Of a stretch of DNA of 64,000 nt, positions 17,097 to 27,561 are shown piece by piece. The notes under the pieces were generated by a model, which worked only from the letters and a program-made list of their open reading frames with translations, made no database searches and was not told where the DNA came from. Location of the stretch: positions 120,293 through 184,292 of the forward strand of contig CAZBAS010000003.1 of the NCBI GenBank assembly GCA_964490395.1, in the 5' to 3' direction. The translations under genes and the position numbers were made by a program. Position 1 is the stretch's first letter. Every line of letters begins with the position of its first letter. This DNA comes from an uncultured Candidatus Saccharibacteria bacterium (GTDB taxonomy: Bacteria; Patescibacteriota; Doudnabacteria; UBA920).

Positions 17097-17768
17097 CTAT
17101 TGTGCCGGAGTTTTGAGTGCGTCTTCTATGCGCTGTTTTACTTCTTGTATGCCGCCTTGGAATACTTGCTCGCCATTTACATAAAATGTTGGGGTGCCAG
17201 GGTTGCCAAGTGTGGTGCCATCTGCCTTGTCTTGCTCTATTCGGTCCCGGTGGGGGTGGGTAACCAGGGCTTTATCAAACTTTTCTGCATCAAGTCCTAC
17301 GTCGGCTGCTATTTTTCTGAATATAGGTTTTGGGTCTGTAAGTGTTTCCCATTCTGGTTGGCGGGCATAAAGCGCGTCCACCATCTCAAAGAATTTTCCT
17401 TGGTCCGCTGCTGCTTCTACTGCATCTGCACCTGCGACTGCATTTGCGTGTTGAGGTAGGGGGTAGTGGCGAAATACGAATTTAACTCGGTCGCCGTATG
17501 TTTTATACAAGTTGTCTACCGCTGGGTTGGTACCTGCGCATGCGGGACACTGCATATCTCCAAATTCTATAACAGTAATTTTGCTATCCAATTTCCCACG
17601 TACATGTGGGGTCTCGCGATTTACTGCAGTGGCCTTGTCTGTGCTGCTTGCTGCGCTGCCCGTCCCGGGTGCTGTGTTATTGTTTTTCGCAATAAAATAG
17701 ATGCCTACTGCAAGTACAACAACAACTACCGAAATAATGAGTGTAACTATTTTAGTTTCTTTGGTCAT
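17097..17768 (-). CDS. DsbA/BdbD-family thiol:disulfide oxidoreductase, membrane-anchored
   Basis: It has an N-terminal transmembrane helix and a thioredoxin fold with a CPAC active site. Confidence 0.8.
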   Translation of the reverse strand: MTKETKIVTLIISVVVVVLAVGIYFIAKNNNTAPGTGSAASSTDKATAVNRETPHVRGKLDSKITVIEFGDMQCPACAGTNPAVDNLYKTYGDRVKFVFRHYPLPQHANAVAGADAVEAAADQGKFFEMVDALYARQPEWETLTDPKPIFRKIAADVGLDAEKFDKALVTHPHRDRIEQDKADGTTLGNPGTPTFYVNGEQVFQGGIQEVKQRIEDALKTPAQ

Positions 17769-17857
17769 AAAATTGTAGAAATAGTCTAGAAATTAATAGA
17801 ACTGTGTAGAGATTCGCAACCGGTTTCTATGGATATCACAATCTCTATAAGTATCGG

Positions 17858-18337
17858 TTATTTTCTTACTGCTCTTCTAAATAATAATAAAAGTATGGTT
17901 AATGTAAGGAAGCCAATGCCAGCAAGGAGGGGGATAGTTACAAAGCCGAAATATTCTATGAATTTGGTAGTACAGGAGACTCCTGCAAGGCATGGCGCTG
18001 CTGCTTCTGGAAGAATGTTGTAATAGAGCAGGTTGTGGTAAATGGATATGCCGAGTCCTACTAAGGAAAGCGGAAGCGTATAGCGGTATATGAGTCTGTC
18101 TCGACTCAGGATGCCAACAGGTAGGAGCAGTGCGAGCGGGTACATGCATATGCGTTGATACCAACAGAGCACGCAAGGGGGGAAGTGGCGGATTTCGCTA
18201 AAGTACAGGCTGCCAAGGAGGCCTACAAGGCTGCCCAGCCAGGCTAATATGAGGTAGCCAATGGGCCATGGTTTATTTCCTATTTCCATATAGTAGGTAC
18301 GAATTATGGTTACAATTTTATTGTAACGCGTTTTCAT
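17858..18337 (-). CDS. disulfide bond formation protein B (DsbB/BdbC family)
   Basis: It has four transmembrane helices and a CVLCWYQR periplasmic Cys pair plus a second Cys pair. The start is uncertain and could be the internal MEIGNK. Confidence 0.7.
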   Translation of the reverse strand: MKTRYNKIVTIIRTYYMEIGNKPWPIGYLILAWLGSLVGLLGSLYFSEIRHFPPCVLCWYQRICMYPLALLLPVGILSRDRLIYRYTLPLSLVGLGISIYHNLLYYNILPEAAAPCLAGVSCTTKFIEYFGFVTIPLLAGIGFLTLTILLLLFRRAVRK

Positions 18338-18513
18338 AACTATGCCAAAGCGGACAATATTTGATACAATGCTTACATATGTCCAGTAAAGCTTTTCCGC
18401 AAGTTTTTTCTGGTATTTTCCATACAGCGCATTATTTCATTAATTATTTGTGCTGTTTTGACTGGCGGTGTTTGCAATAACTCCATTGCCATTGCAAAAC
18501 AGACTTACTAAGT

Positions 18514-20022
18514 ATGTTTAAGCGAAATAAACCAACTATAGGTGTGTACATTGGTGCTGCAGTATATGTGGGAGCGTTGTTTCTACTCGGCTGGGTTCAT
18601 GGTGATGCAGGCGATTTGCGCATAATTCGCCTTACAGAGGGGTTTGCGCTGGGTGCGATAGTTTCCTTGTATTGTGCACTTTTACCTACAGCACTCTATG
18701 AACAATTTCCCGCAATTCCTGGCAAGAACTCATGGATTTCCGCGAAACAAGCATTCTACGTAGTAGCGCTGTGCTTTGCTTTGGTCCATGGTTCTTTGGC
18801 GTTCTTCAAGCTTTTGGGCGGCTTTGCAGGGTGGGGCTTTTTGGGTGCGGTCTATCAAAAGGCAGCTGTTTTAGGGGTGATGACCATACTCGGCATTGCA
18901 TGTTGCGTTGCCTACAATTTCTTTGCACGTTTTGAAACTGCTCTCCAGAAATATCCTAAGGTAAAAAGTATTGCGTATGCACTGTCGGTTCTTGTTGTGG
19001 TTCATGCGTCTTTGGTTGGGAGTCATGTCCGCATAGCAACATCGCCCGTACGTTGGCTGGGCTTTTTGGGGGTAGCATTTTTGTTTTTACTCCTGGCACT
19101 CCGCGTTGATAAGAAAGTATTTGCTGGCACAAACATTGCATGGTGCACTATAGTAGTAGCCATTGCCACAGGCCTACTTGGGCAGATGTGGCTTCTCGGG
19201 CCAGTCTTGGCTCGAAATGGCTCAGCCTCTAACTCCGGCGCCCATGCAGGCATGGATATGTCCAGTATGGCTGGTATGAATATGTCTATGGGTACTTCTA
19301 GTAGCCAGTACACTCTCAGTGTGCAAACACCGCCCAATATAACTGCAGGGAGTAGTGTGCCATTTTCCTTCAAGGTATTTACTGCAAGCACCGGAAGCCT
19401 GGTAACCCAGTTCAATACGGTTCATGACAAGCTCGCGCACTTGGTCATTGTAAACGACAAACTTGGTTATTATAGTCATATCCACCCAGATCTTACGGAT
19501 GGCCAATTTACCATTTCCACTTCGTTTCCTGCGGATGATAATTACCGAGCGTACATAAGTTTTGAGCCAAAAGGCGGGGCAGAGCAGGTGTTTGCGTACA
19601 GCTTTGTAGTGGGCAAGGGGGCTAGTGGGGCGCCAGACAAGACTGTGGACGCAACTGCAGCAAAAACCTTTGGTGGTGTAACTGCAAGCCTACTCGGTGG
19701 TGCGAAGATTTCTGCGGTAGATGTGGCGAGCGGGAAGGCAAAGCTCACGTTCCATTTTGCTGATAGTGCAGGTAAACCGGTAACCAACTTGTACCCTTAC
19801 TTAGCAGCGTTTGGCCACCTAGTGATGATAAACACCGACACGTATTCATACCTTCATGTGCACCCGCTTATAGTGCCGTTTGGACCGGAGGAAACAAGCG
19901 GTCCGGATGTGGAATTTATGGTTATGGGAAATATACAGCCTGGAATTTATAAACTCTTTGGGCAATTTAACCCAAACAAGCAGCTCATTACTGTACCGTA
20001 TACTATAGAAGTAACTAAATAA
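18514..20022 (+). CDS. CopD-like polytopic membrane domain fused to a C-terminal YtkA/CopC-like soluble domain through a Met-rich linker
   Basis: About seven or eight transmembrane helices with conserved His are followed by a GMDMSSMAGMNMSMG methionine cluster. The architecture resembles YcnJ without the CopC module. Confidence 0.55.
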   Translation: MFKRNKPTIGVYIGAAVYVGALFLLGWVHGDAGDLRIIRLTEGFALGAIVSLYCALLPTALYEQFPAIPGKNSWISAKQAFYVVALCFALVHGSLAFFKLLGGFAGWGFLGAVYQKAAVLGVMTILGIACCVAYNFFARFETALQKYPKVKSIAYALSVLVVVHASLVGSHVRIATSPVRWLGFLGVAFLFLLLALRVDKKVFAGTNIAWCTIVVAIATGLLGQMWLLGPVLARNGSASNSGAHAGMDMSSMAGMNMSMGTSSSQYTLSVQTPPNITAGSSVPFSFKVFTASTGSLVTQFNTVHDKLAHLVIVNDKLGYYSHIHPDLTDGQFTISTSFPADDNYRAYISFEPKGGAEQVFAYSFVVGKGASGAPDKTVDATAAKTFGGVTASLLGGAKISAVDVASGKAKLTFHFADSAGKPVTNLYPYLAAFGHLVMINTDTYSYLHVHPLIVPFGPEETSGPDVEFMVMGNIQPGIYKLFGQFNPNKQLITVPYTIEVTK

Positions 20023-20029
20023 GGTGTAT

Positions 20030-20135
20030 TGGTCCGGTTCTTCCCCTAAGATAGGGGAATCTAAATGGGGTATGGACCATTATTGCTATAGTTCATACCA
20101 CCCCAACCCCTCCTATTTTAGGAGGGGAACAAATG
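20030..20135. repeat. composite palindromic repeat P2 (TCCCCTAAGATAGGGGAA...CCCCTCCTATTTTAGGAGGGG)
   Basis: It is near-identical to the copy at 58554-58651. Confidence 0.55.
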
Positions 20136-20151
20136 CAGCAACGATTAGCAT

Positions 20152-21024
20152 ATGTCTAGACTTTTGAAAATCACATTATGGATAGCATTGTTGCTAGCAA
20201 TTTTGTTGCCGACGCATTTCGCTTCAGCGCATGTGCTGAAGGTAGATGGTAGTATAGGATCTACTTTGCATGTGGACCCTGCTGACAACCCCATTGTGGG
20301 TAGTCCGGCTACGTTTTATTTTGAAATAAAAGACAAGCAAAATAAATTTACTCCAGCAGCGTGTAACTGTACTGTTAGTATATCCACCAGTCAGGGAGAG
20401 GTGCTTCATACCGAGCAACTATTTACCCAGAGTAGTAGTGCGGGTCTTTCAAATCCATTACTGCAATATGTATTTGAGAAAGGTGGGGTATATACTGTTA
20501 CGCTCACGGGTAGTCCTAAAACCGCGGGTGGGTTTCAAAGTTTTCAGCTCAGTTACACTGTTCGTGTAGAAAATGGTGAATCATCTGCCCATACGGATAG
20601 TGCTGAAAGTTCTGTTTCTGACGCCTGGCTCTACAGCGGCCTAGGGCTACTCGTAGTAGTTGGCTTTGCGCTCATTACATGGCAGCGAAAGAAAAAAAGT
20701 AAACATAGCTCAGCCTTACTCGTGCTGTTCGGAGTTTTTGCCTCGGCGAACATGCTCTTTTACGCTGGTCATTTTTTTGAGCTTGCTACCCCAGCTCCGG
20801 TGCACCACCATACTGCTCACGAGACGGGCCATGTTGAAAAAGGTTTTCATGCTACTGCTCCCCATACTACGCCCCTAGCTGTAACACATGCTTTTGTAGG
20901 TAGTGAGCATGTGCTAAGCCCTTTGTTTCTCAGGCCTGCGCCAGTTGCACTCGCCTTTGTTCCTGCACTCTCAAATACACGCGCACCGCCCCTAGTCGCA
21001 CCCTTTGCCATGTCCGTTTCCTAA
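20152..21024 (+). CDS. YcnI-like (DUF1775) secreted/membrane protein with a His-rich C-terminal tail
   Basis: A signal peptide is followed by a mature N-terminus beginning HVLKVDG. After a transmembrane helix the tail reads HHHTAHETGHVEKGFH. Confidence 0.5.
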   Translation: MSRLLKITLWIALLLAILLPTHFASAHVLKVDGSIGSTLHVDPADNPIVGSPATFYFEIKDKQNKFTPAACNCTVSISTSQGEVLHTEQLFTQSSSAGLSNPLLQYVFEKGGVYTVTLTGSPKTAGGFQSFQLSYTVRVENGESSAHTDSAESSVSDAWLYSGLGLLVVVGFALITWQRKKKSKHSSALLVLFGVFASANMLFYAGHFFELATPAPVHHHTAHETGHVEKGFHATAPHTTPLAVTHAFVGSEHVLSPLFLRPAPVALAFVPALSNTRAPPLVAPFAMSVS

Positions 21025-21101
21025 TCCGCCCCTGTTAGTGCATTTGATGCAACTGACCTGAGTGTGCGGATGCGTGTTATTATTTAAAGTTTTACGTATT
21101 C

Positions 21102-21821
21102 ATGAAATTTCAAAAAGTTGCAGCAGCCAGTATTGCACTGGCGAGTTTAGTGTTGTTTGCGCAAAGCGTTTCAGCACATGTGGTAGTGAGTCCCAAAGAA
21201 GTAGGGGTTGGTAAATTCCAGACTTTTAGTGTTGGTGTTCCTGTAGAGAAAGATATGCCTACTACGGGCCTTCGTCTTGTGGTACCCGATGGTTTAAACT
21301 ACGTTACGCCAAATGTAAAACCAGGCTGGAAAATAGAAGTGAAAAAAGAACCGGTTATGAAAGACGGGAAGCAGGTTATGTCCGAAGACGGTGATGAAAA
21401 AGTAGAGCGCACTAGTGAAATTTCTTGGACCGGCGGCAGCATTCCTGCTGGGCAGCGCGACGATTTTCTCTTTAGTGCTCAAGTGCCTGCTACTACTACA
21501 ACCATTGCCTGGAAAGCGTACCAGACGTATGCAGATGGCAGTATTGTAGCGTGGGATGCCTCTCCCCAGGCTGTTGCAGACCAGAAGAAGGCCATGGATG
21601 AAGCTATGAAAAAAGAGCCGAACATGAAAATGGATGAGGTTACACTCAAACCATACTCTGAAACAAAAGTGGTTGATGATTTGGCAGCAGCAAATTCCAC
21701 AAGCACATCTACCACTTCAGCCGCTGACCTTAAGTCCGCCACTCGTAATGCAAAAGTTGCTCTTGTCATAAGCGTTGTAGGGCTGCTTCTCGGAGCCCTC
21801 GCGGTATCGAAGAAGTCGTAA
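21102..21821 (+). CDS. YcnI-like (DUF1775) copper-binding protein with a C-terminal membrane anchor
   Basis: The signal peptide ends AHVVVSPKE, the conserved N-terminal His motif of YcnI. Confidence 0.6.
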   Translation: MKFQKVAAASIALASLVLFAQSVSAHVVVSPKEVGVGKFQTFSVGVPVEKDMPTTGLRLVVPDGLNYVTPNVKPGWKIEVKKEPVMKDGKQVMSEDGDEKVERTSEISWTGGSIPAGQRDDFLFSAQVPATTTTIAWKAYQTYADGSIVAWDASPQAVADQKKAMDEAMKKEPNMKMDEVTLKPYSETKVVDDLAAANSTSTSTTSAADLKSATRNAKVALVISVVGLLLGALAVSKKS

Positions 21822-22069
21822 GTATTAGTTCTACAAGGTCGTTCCGTATAGTTCGGGCGACCTTTTGTATTGCATACGGCCACACAATAGCCGTGAGAAA
21901 TAAGACTTGCCTGCCTGACAAAGCTTTAGCGAAGTTGGGAAAAATGAGGCGTGAGGCTTGACGCAAGTTATAGAGTATTTGCTCTGACTCATTCCCCAAG
22001 CCCCATGTCTCACTACTGGCTTTGAGTGCTATACTATTAGAAAGATTTAGCAACGTGTGACTGTAAGCT

Positions 22070-23440
22070 ATGGCGAAAAAGACTATACAAAAAGCAGCAG
22101 AGGCGCCTGCATCGGCGTTTGAAGATGGGGTAGAGAGGATAAAAAAGTTCGAGCAGGACCTAGTGAGTAAAGAGCCGCTCAAAACAGCGGAAGAGTATTG
22201 GCATACCTTAGGACCGGGTCTTACCACGGGCGCATCGGATGATGATCCTTCGGGTATAGCAACCTATTCTCAAACAGGTGCCCGGTATGGGTTTCAGCTG
22301 TCTTGGCTTTCTTTGTTTACCTTTCCGCTTATGGCGGTAGTTCAAGAAATGTGCGCGCGCATTGGCTTGGTCACTGGTCGGGGTTTGGCGGGGAACATTC
22401 GGCAGCACTATTCCAAAAAAGTCTTGTATGCGTGCGGGCTGCTTTTGTTTGTAGCAAATGTATTTAACATTGGCGCTGACCTTGGCGCTATGGCGCAGGG
22501 TGCGCAGCTGCTAGCACCGGGCTTGAATTTTTACGCCCTCATTATTTTATTTGCTGGCGTCAGTTTGGTGCTACAGATTTTTACCACGTATGCACGGTAT
22601 GCCCGTTATTTAAAATACCTAGCTTTGGTTCTGTTTGCCTACATGCTTTCGGCGCTGAGTGTGCACATGGATTGGCATGCTTTGTTTCGAGCAACTGTCA
22701 TACCATCCATTACTTTTTCTAAGGAGCAAATTCTACTTATTTGTGCCATCCTTGGAACCACCATTTCCCCGTACTTGTTTTTCTGGCAAACTTCACAGGA
22801 GGTAGAAGAAGAAATTCTCCGCGGGGAGAAAACCATAACTGAGCGAAGGAATTCTGTTACCCCAAAACAGGTAAAAGAAATGCGAGTGGATGTCTGGTCG
22901 GGCATGTTTATTTCCAATGTGGTCATGTTCTTCATTATTGCAGCATGTGCCGCAACTTTATTTGCCCACGGCCAAAATGATATTCAGTCTGCGTCCGATG
23001 CAGCGCTTGCATTGAAGCCATTCGCGGGAAACTTGGCCTATTGGTTTTTTGCTATAGGAATTATAGGTACTGGTCTTTTGGCCATACCCGTACTTGCAGG
23101 GTCTGCGTCCTATGCGTTGTCTGAAAGTTTTGGCTGGAAGCAAGGGCTTTACCGCACGCTTGGACAAGCTAAAGCATTTTATGGCGTTATTATCATTGCT
23201 ATGCTGTTTGGTATATTGCTCAATTTTACCCACATAGACCCCATAAAAGCACTTATTTATTCTGCAGTACTAAACGGTATTATAGCCCCTCCCATCCTTA
23301 TACTGATTGTGCGTATAAGCGGTAACCAGCGCATTATGGGCGAGCATGTGAGTGGCTCTACGGCAAAAGCTGTGGGCTGGCTTACCATAGCGCTCATGAT
23401 AGTTTCCGGGGCAGCGGCGTTGGTGTCACTATTCATCTAG
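22070..23440 (+). CDS. NRAMP-family divalent metal transporter (MntH-like)
   Basis: It has the DDDPSGIATYSQTGARYGFQLSWL Nramp signature and 11-12 transmembrane helices. Confidence 0.85.
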   Translation: MAKKTIQKAAEAPASAFEDGVERIKKFEQDLVSKEPLKTAEEYWHTLGPGLTTGASDDDPSGIATYSQTGARYGFQLSWLSLFTFPLMAVVQEMCARIGLVTGRGLAGNIRQHYSKKVLYACGLLLFVANVFNIGADLGAMAQGAQLLAPGLNFYALIILFAGVSLVLQIFTTYARYARYLKYLALVLFAYMLSALSVHMDWHALFRATVIPSITFSKEQILLICAILGTTISPYLFFWQTSQEVEEEILRGEKTITERRNSVTPKQVKEMRVDVWSGMFISNVVMFFIIAACAATLFAHGQNDIQSASDAALALKPFAGNLAYWFFAIGIIGTGLLAIPVLAGSASYALSESFGWKQGLYRTLGQAKAFYGVIIIAMLFGILLNFTHIDPIKALIYSAVLNGIIAPPILILIVRISGNQRIMGEHVSGSTAKAVGWLTIALMIVSGAAALVSLFI

Positions 23441-23450
23441 ATGCAATATA

Positions 23451-23483
23451 AAAAACTCTGGCAAAGCATGCCAGAGTTTTTTA
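23451..23483. terminator. bidirectional terminator between convergent genes
   Basis: aactctggcaaagcatgccagagttttttat. Confidence 0.6.
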
Positions 23484-23489
23484 TATGTC

Positions 23490-25829
23490 CTATTTTTTTA
23501 TGGGGTTACTAAACCACCGAACAGTAATTTTATACTGTATATATATGGTTACCGCTACAATTGCTACGGTTATGAGGAGAGGCAAGAGTGGGGGAACGCC
23601 TAGGCCAAATATATGCCTTAGACCCTTGGAGCTGAATAACAGTAAAAGAGTGAGTAGGCTCCCGCCAGCAATGGTGTATAGGTTTTTCCGCTGGAGTATT
23701 TCGGAGCTTGCTGCGTAGGCAAGAGGTGCTAGGCTAAAGAACGAAATGCCCAACGCAATAAGGGTAAGTACAATAAGTATGTTGGAAGGCGCTATCTTGA
23801 GTGCGTGGGGACTAATGAAGAATACTCCAGTAGTAGCTGCGGTGGTAACGAGGGACTGGATAAGTGAGTAGGGAAGTATCTTACGCAAGAAGGGCCGGTT
23901 GAGCGCACGTTCTGGATTCCGCACGGGCCACATGGCCCAGTAAAAAATCGGTAGCCCTATGGTAAAGTACCCTATAACCGTTGTGTTGCGAGGGGAGAGG
24001 GGGTAGTCGTGGCCAAGAAAGGCGAGAATGATAAACAGAAGGAGTCCCACTGCGACTTTGTTAAAGAATACACTTGCTACAAGTTCAATGTTGGTAATAA
24101 TGCTATCGGCTAGTTCTACTCCTGCTGGCAGCGCAGCAAAGCTATTGTTCATAAGAACTATTTGCGCTATGGATCGGGTTGCTCCAGCGCCATCGAACAT
24201 GGCAATGCCCAGGTCTGCTTTTTTTATGGCTAAAGCATCGTTTGCGCCGTCTCCAACCATGGCGGTAAAGCCGCTCAGTTTTAGTACTTCAATAATTTTT
24301 TCTTTTTGTTCGGGACGAATGCGCGCAAAGATATGGTATGCAGGTACGCGTTCTCGGTACATTTCATTATCCCAGTTCAGCATTTCTTGCCCGGTGATTA
24401 CTAAGTCCGTATAGAGTATGCCTGCTTCTTCGGCTATGGCCCTCACCGTTTCTGCGTTGTCTCCAGAAATAACCCGTATGCGCACTCCGTGGTCCTGAAA
24501 GAATTTGATAATATCTTTTGTGCCAGCGCGGAGGGGGTTTGTAAGCACGAATAAAGCAATGGGTTCGAGGCTGCTTCCGCTTAAATTTTCTTCTATGGGA
24601 CCAGAGTTTTTAGTAAGCAGGACAAGTCGTTTTGCTTTAGGGGCGTGTGTAGCAATGAGCGATTCTACCCAGTGCGCATCTTCAGAATTTCCTATGTGGG
24701 GGAGTAATATGTCAGGAGCGCCCATTACCACGGTGTAGGTGTGTTCGTGTATGTTCAGTGTAGCGCTACCATATTTGCGAGTAGAAGAAAAAGGAATTGA
24801 CGAAAGCACTTTACCTACAAATCCCGCAGTGCTTTTTTGGGTAATGGCTTTTGCAGTGTGTGAGGCATCGCTGGTGGCGGCGAAATATCCTATAGCAAGA
24901 GAAAGGGCCATAGATTCGTCATCTGGCTGTTTCGTAACAATCTGTTCAAGTACAGGAACGTTTTCCGTGAGCGTGCCAGTTTTATCTATGCAGAGATTTT
25001 TTATGCGCCCGAGTTTTTCTGTAGCGTTTATTTCCTGTAGGAGTACTTGTTTGCGAAATAGTCGTACTGCGCCATAGGCGAAGAATATGGTGGTAGCTAA
25101 AATAAGCCCTTGCGGTACAAGTGTTCCGGTGAGTGCTGCTATGTCGCGGACAATAGTAACTACCAGTTCGTGTCCCGATATACCAGAAATAAGTACATAG
25201 ACTATGGCCACCAGAAGCACATATGACATGTACTGAATGAACAAGGTTAAGGTGCGCTGGATAGGGCTGAGTTCGAGTCGGTACTCTTTGAGCTTGCTGG
25301 TCATGCCTGCTACGTAGCTTTCCTTGGGGAGCTTCTCGACTTCTAAGACGACAGAGCCTGCCACCACAAAGCTGCCGGCAAGAAGAGTGTCGCCTACTTT
25401 TTTACCAATATTGCTAGATTCACCTGTAAGGAGGGCCTCGTTTACTTCTACGCTGTTACTAGCTTCCACAGTGCCGTCGGTAGGTATTTGGTCTCCGAGC
25501 TCCAGCAGAATGCGATCGCCTATTCGGACTCGCTCGAGTACTACATTTTCAGTACCGCCGCCTTCCAGCATGCGTTTGACCTGCGGTGTCATGAGAATCT
25601 GGAGCTCTTCTAAGGCGACTTTTGCACGAAGGTCCTGAATGGTTCCAATGATGCTGTTGAGGACTACAATAATAAATAAAAATAATCCTTCCTGAATTTC
25701 TCCAAAAACGAGCAGTAGTATGGTAACCGTAATAAAAATAATGTTTGGTAGGGTTACGGTGTTCCGGTAGAAGATAGGACGGATATATTTTTTTGTGGTG
25801 TTGTAGTAGGTTTTAAGTTTTTCCGGCAT
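23490..25829 (-). CDS. cation-transporting P-type ATPase (P2-like, Ca/Mg-type)
   Basis: It has the DKTGTLT phosphorylation site, TGES, VISGDN, GDGANDALAIKKADLGIAM and ten transmembrane helices. Confidence 0.9.
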   Translation of the reverse strand: MPEKLKTYYNTTKKYIRPIFYRNTVTLPNIIFITVTILLLVFGEIQEGLFLFIIVVLNSIIGTIQDLRAKVALEELQILMTPQVKRMLEGGGTENVVLERVRIGDRILLELGDQIPTDGTVEASNSVEVNEALLTGESSNIGKKVGDTLLAGSFVVAGSVVLEVEKLPKESYVAGMTSKLKEYRLELSPIQRTLTLFIQYMSYVLLVAIVYVLISGISGHELVVTIVRDIAALTGTLVPQGLILATTIFFAYGAVRLFRKQVLLQEINATEKLGRIKNLCIDKTGTLTENVPVLEQIVTKQPDDESMALSLAIGYFAATSDASHTAKAITQKSTAGFVGKVLSSIPFSSTRKYGSATLNIHEHTYTVVMGAPDILLPHIGNSEDAHWVESLIATHAPKAKRLVLLTKNSGPIEENLSGSSLEPIALFVLTNPLRAGTKDIIKFFQDHGVRIRVISGDNAETVRAIAEEAGILYTDLVITGQEMLNWDNEMYRERVPAYHIFARIRPEQKEKIIEVLKLSGFTAMVGDGANDALAIKKADLGIAMFDGAGATRSIAQIVLMNNSFAALPAGVELADSIITNIELVASVFFNKVAVGLLLFIILAFLGHDYPLSPRNTTVIGYFTIGLPIFYWAMWPVRNPERALNRPFLRKILPYSLIQSLVTTAATTGVFFISPHALKIAPSNILIVLTLIALGISFFSLAPLAYAASSEILQRKNLYTIAGGSLLTLLLLFSSKGLRHIFGLGVPPLLPLLITVAIVAVTIYIQYKITVRWFSNPIKK

Positions 25830-25900
25830 GATACACAAGCTCTAGAATGTTATCTTATCTATATAATAGCCGAAAACAACGCTTTTGTCAGAATTTACCC

Positions 25901-25945
25901 TACCCATGGGCACCATTGTAGCTGCTACAATGGTGCCCATGGGTA
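25901..25945. repeat. perfect 45-bp palindrome of the ATGGGCACCAT family, a likely terminator
   Basis: tacccatgggcaccattgtagctgctacaatggtgcccatgggta. Relatives lie at 28729, 43589 and 53444. Confidence 0.5.
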
Positions 25946-25950
25946 TGTGA

Positions 25951-26724
25951 TTATAATACGTAGTTTCCCACTTTGGTGCGCACCAGTGTATATACGCAGG
26001 CGCCAGTGCCTAGCTTTTTTCCAATTTCGTTTACCAAAGAACGAATGTAGGTGCCGCTGCTGCAACGCACGGTAAAGGAAAGGGTAGGCATGCGTTTGTG
26101 TGGCTCGTGCGCGAGGAGTTCGTGCCAGGTGTTTATAATTTCGTCTTGGCGGAAATTGCCATCAACTTCCGGTATAGTGCGGGTAATGTAATTCAGTATA
26201 TCCATTGCAGAAAGTTCACTAACTGCTACCTCCGTTATGGCATGGATAGTGGTTAGTCTCTCGGGAGCGTCTTCCGCTTGTATGCTCTTTGCCTGTGCCC
26301 ATGCATGGAGTGGTTTGCCTTTATAGGGCGGCGAGCTGTATATGGGCAATGGTAACAATGTTTCTCCAACGTAAGATTGTAATATTTTCGGCATTTGCTC
26401 CTCCCCTAATATAGGGGAGGTTGGGTGGGGTCTAATTGCACTGGGCACTCCCAACAAATCAAAAGAGTCAGTTTGTACCCCCAATAGTGCAGTAACTCTA
26501 TACTCTTTATCTAGTCCTAAATACGTATCTTTTTCATGAACTGCATCTCCAGCTAGTATTAACAACAACCCTTCTGCCATGGGGTCAAGCCTTCCTGCGT
26601 ACGTAAGAGGGACTGCTCGCAGCTCTGGCCTTTGCTCCTTTAAACCAGAAAGCGCCTGCAGGGGAGTGCTGCCTGCAGGTTTATACATGCCATATACATT
26701 TGGCGTGAATTGAGTAATTTTCAT
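25951..26724 (-). CDS. truB: tRNA pseudouridine synthase (TruB-like)
   Basis: It has the GRLDPMAEGLL catalytic Asp motif. It carries an in-frame palindromic repeat insertion at 26398-26432. Confidence 0.75.
   Translation of the reverse strand: MKITQFTPNVYGMYKPAGSTPLQALSGLKEQRPELRAVPLTYAGRLDPMAEGLLLILAGDAVHEKDTYLGLDKEYRVTALLGVQTDSFDLLGVPSAIRPHPTSPILGEEQMPKILQSYVGETLLPLPIYSSPPYKGKPLHAWAQAKSIQAEDAPERLTTIHAITEVAVSELSAMDILNYITRTIPEVDGNFRQDEIINTWHELLAHEPHKRMPTLSFTVRCSSGTYIRSLVNEIGKKLGTGACVYTLVRTKVGNYVL
26398..26432. repeat. palindromic repeat P3 inserted in-frame in truB
   Basis: ctcctcccctaatataggggaggttgggtggggtc is translated as part of ...PHPTSPILGEE... Confidence 0.55.
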
Positions 26725-26768
26725 GGTCAGGTTACACTATAGCAGAGTTTATAATATTTTAAAGTTGT

Positions 26769-27458
26769 ATGACTGCGTCGGTAATAATTCGCGTAAAGAA
26801 TGAGGTGGAGAATCTGAAAAAACTTTTAACCTTACTCAAAAGGCAAGTTTTCCAGGATTTTGAAGTTATTGTGGTAAACGATGCTTCCACGGATGGTGGC
26901 GCTGAGGTAGTGTTTGACTATTTCGCACCAGAACGCGCTGCTGTGGTGAATCTGGTAAGGGCTTTCAACTATGCTTATGCCTCAAACATTGGAGCAGAGC
27001 ATGCAAAAGGGAAGTATTTAGTATATGTAAGCGCGCACTCGTTTCCTATATCGAACACCTGGCTTGGTGATGGTCTGGCTCATTTTGCAGATAGTAAGGT
27101 CGCCGGCGTTTTTGCATTGCCTGTAGCGCACACGAATACAAACATTGTTGAGAAATTGTTTATCAACGTTCCCACACTGCTCCGACATTCGTCATTGAAA
27201 ATTTATACAGAACCGCGGCTTGGTGTAATGGGTGCAACGAATGCCATTTTTAGAAAAGACCTATGGGAGGCGTACCATTTTAACGAAGATTTTATTATTG
27301 GTGGTGAAGATTATGACTGGGCTTGTCACTTTCTTGCACGCGGATTCGTAACTGTGCAAGATCCGAAATTCCGCGTATATCACTCGCACCACTTGGGTCT
27401 TTTCGGACTTATTTCCCAAGGCTTTAAATATCAACGCATGATGAAACCCTCCCGGTAA
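26769..27458 (+). CDS. family 2 glycosyltransferase
   Basis: IVVNDASTDGG and the DxD region. Confidence 0.75.
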   Translation: MTASVIIRVKNEVENLKKLLTLLKRQVFQDFEVIVVNDASTDGGAEVVFDYFAPERAAVVNLVRAFNYAYASNIGAEHAKGKYLVYVSAHSFPISNTWLGDGLAHFADSKVAGVFALPVAHTNTNIVEKLFINVPTLLRHSSLKIYTEPRLGVMGATNAIFRKDLWEAYHFNEDFIIGGEDYDWACHFLARGFVTVQDPKFRVYHSHHLGLFGLISQGFKYQRMMKPSR

Positions 27459-27561
27459 TTTTTCCTGTTCCAAACATGTACATTTGTATAAGTTTGGGAC
27501 AAGAGCTGCTAAAAAAGATAATGCAAAAACAGTGCAGCATCAGCCGCACTGTTTTTTCGAT

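Noticed and set aside
21822-22069. A possible Mn (yybP-ykoY) riboswitch upstream of the Nramp gene.
   Set aside because: I could not find the conserved riboswitch core by eye. Only a terminator-like hairpin and promoter-like hexamers are visible.
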